From: a virus
Lineage: Duplodnaviria; Caudoviricetes
Direction: 5' to 3' (one strand)
Length of the DNA: 25,161 nucleotides
IMG/VR virus record: IMGVR_UViG_3300033067_001831
Span: 1 to 25,161 of that record
Part shown: piece by piece, positions 24,882 through 25,161 of the stretch
How the letters are laid out: each line of letters opens with the position of its first letter
Position numbering within the stretch: position 1 is the first letter of the stretch
Position numbers and translations under genes: made by a program
The notes under the pieces: generated by a model
What the model saw: only the letters and a program-made list of their open reading frames with translations
Databases searched by the model: none
What the model was told of the DNA's origin: nothing

Positions 24882-25161
24882 TTATTCTCCTTGTGTAAGT
24901 TGTTTCAAAAGTTTCAAGGCTTCTGAAAATGGAATATTGAGCGTTATTTCTACTTTATCTTCATAGGTCAATTGAGCGCGGACGGATTTCCAATCATTGG
25001 GACGGTGGAAAATTGTCTCGCTGGTGTGCCTGCTGTAAATATCGGGTAAGTATTTTTTTATATACTTCTCTCGTAGTGCCTTGATCGTTTGCTCCTTTCT
25101 TTGTTCGTGGTCATAGATTTTAGAGGCTTCCAAATGTGTCCGCGCGGCTGATAAGAGTCGG
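24882..25161 (-). CDS. C-terminal part of the ORF starting at 281
   Basis: Frame open to the window end and in phase with the left-end ORF. Confidence 0.7.
   Translation of the reverse strand, partial: RLLSAARTHLEASKIYDHEQRKEQTIKALREKYIKKYLPDIYSRHTSETIFHRPNDWKSVRAQLTYEDKVEITLNIPFSEALKLLKQLTQGE

Larger units (their letters stand above)
1..25161. mobile_element. Complete (apparently circular/excised) temperate phage genome
   Basis: Integrase, attP-like site, TerS, TerL, portal, capsid and tail spike present; no host housekeeping genes; ORF continues in frame across the two window ends. Confidence 0.85.

Overview
The window looks like a complete, circular ~25.2-kb temperate bacteriophage genome. 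An ORF leaving the left edge on the minus strand continues in frame at the right edge, and a tRNA-Gly(CCC) 3' fragment (attP-like) sits beside a tyrosine integrase with phage genes on both sides. The host is probably Chloroflexota/Anaerolineae-like (inference only). Layout: (i) a leftward early operon 2392->1, continuing 25161->22405; (ii) a structured non-coding control region with an sRNA-like unit and a leaderless RHH-type repressor (2400-3900); (iii) attP plus integrase (3950-4924); (iv) a rightward operon with a membrane protein, a putative replication gene overlapping an iteron/DnaA-box origin, and an SH3 lipoprotein (5137-8670); (v) a compact leftward late operon with TerS, TerL, portal, a MuF-like/protease/capsid fusion, an adaptor and a 1393-aa tail spike, but no recognisable tape measure, tail tube or endolysin (21924->8701). 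The most striking feature is an integron-type cassette array in the phage. Four attC sites (22376-23822) delimit three gene cassettes whose core sites pair exactly as expected for excisable cassettes. They appear inserted into a phage-resident attC at the end of the early operon, with no IntI or attI. All functional calls come from motif reading only; no database searches were run.
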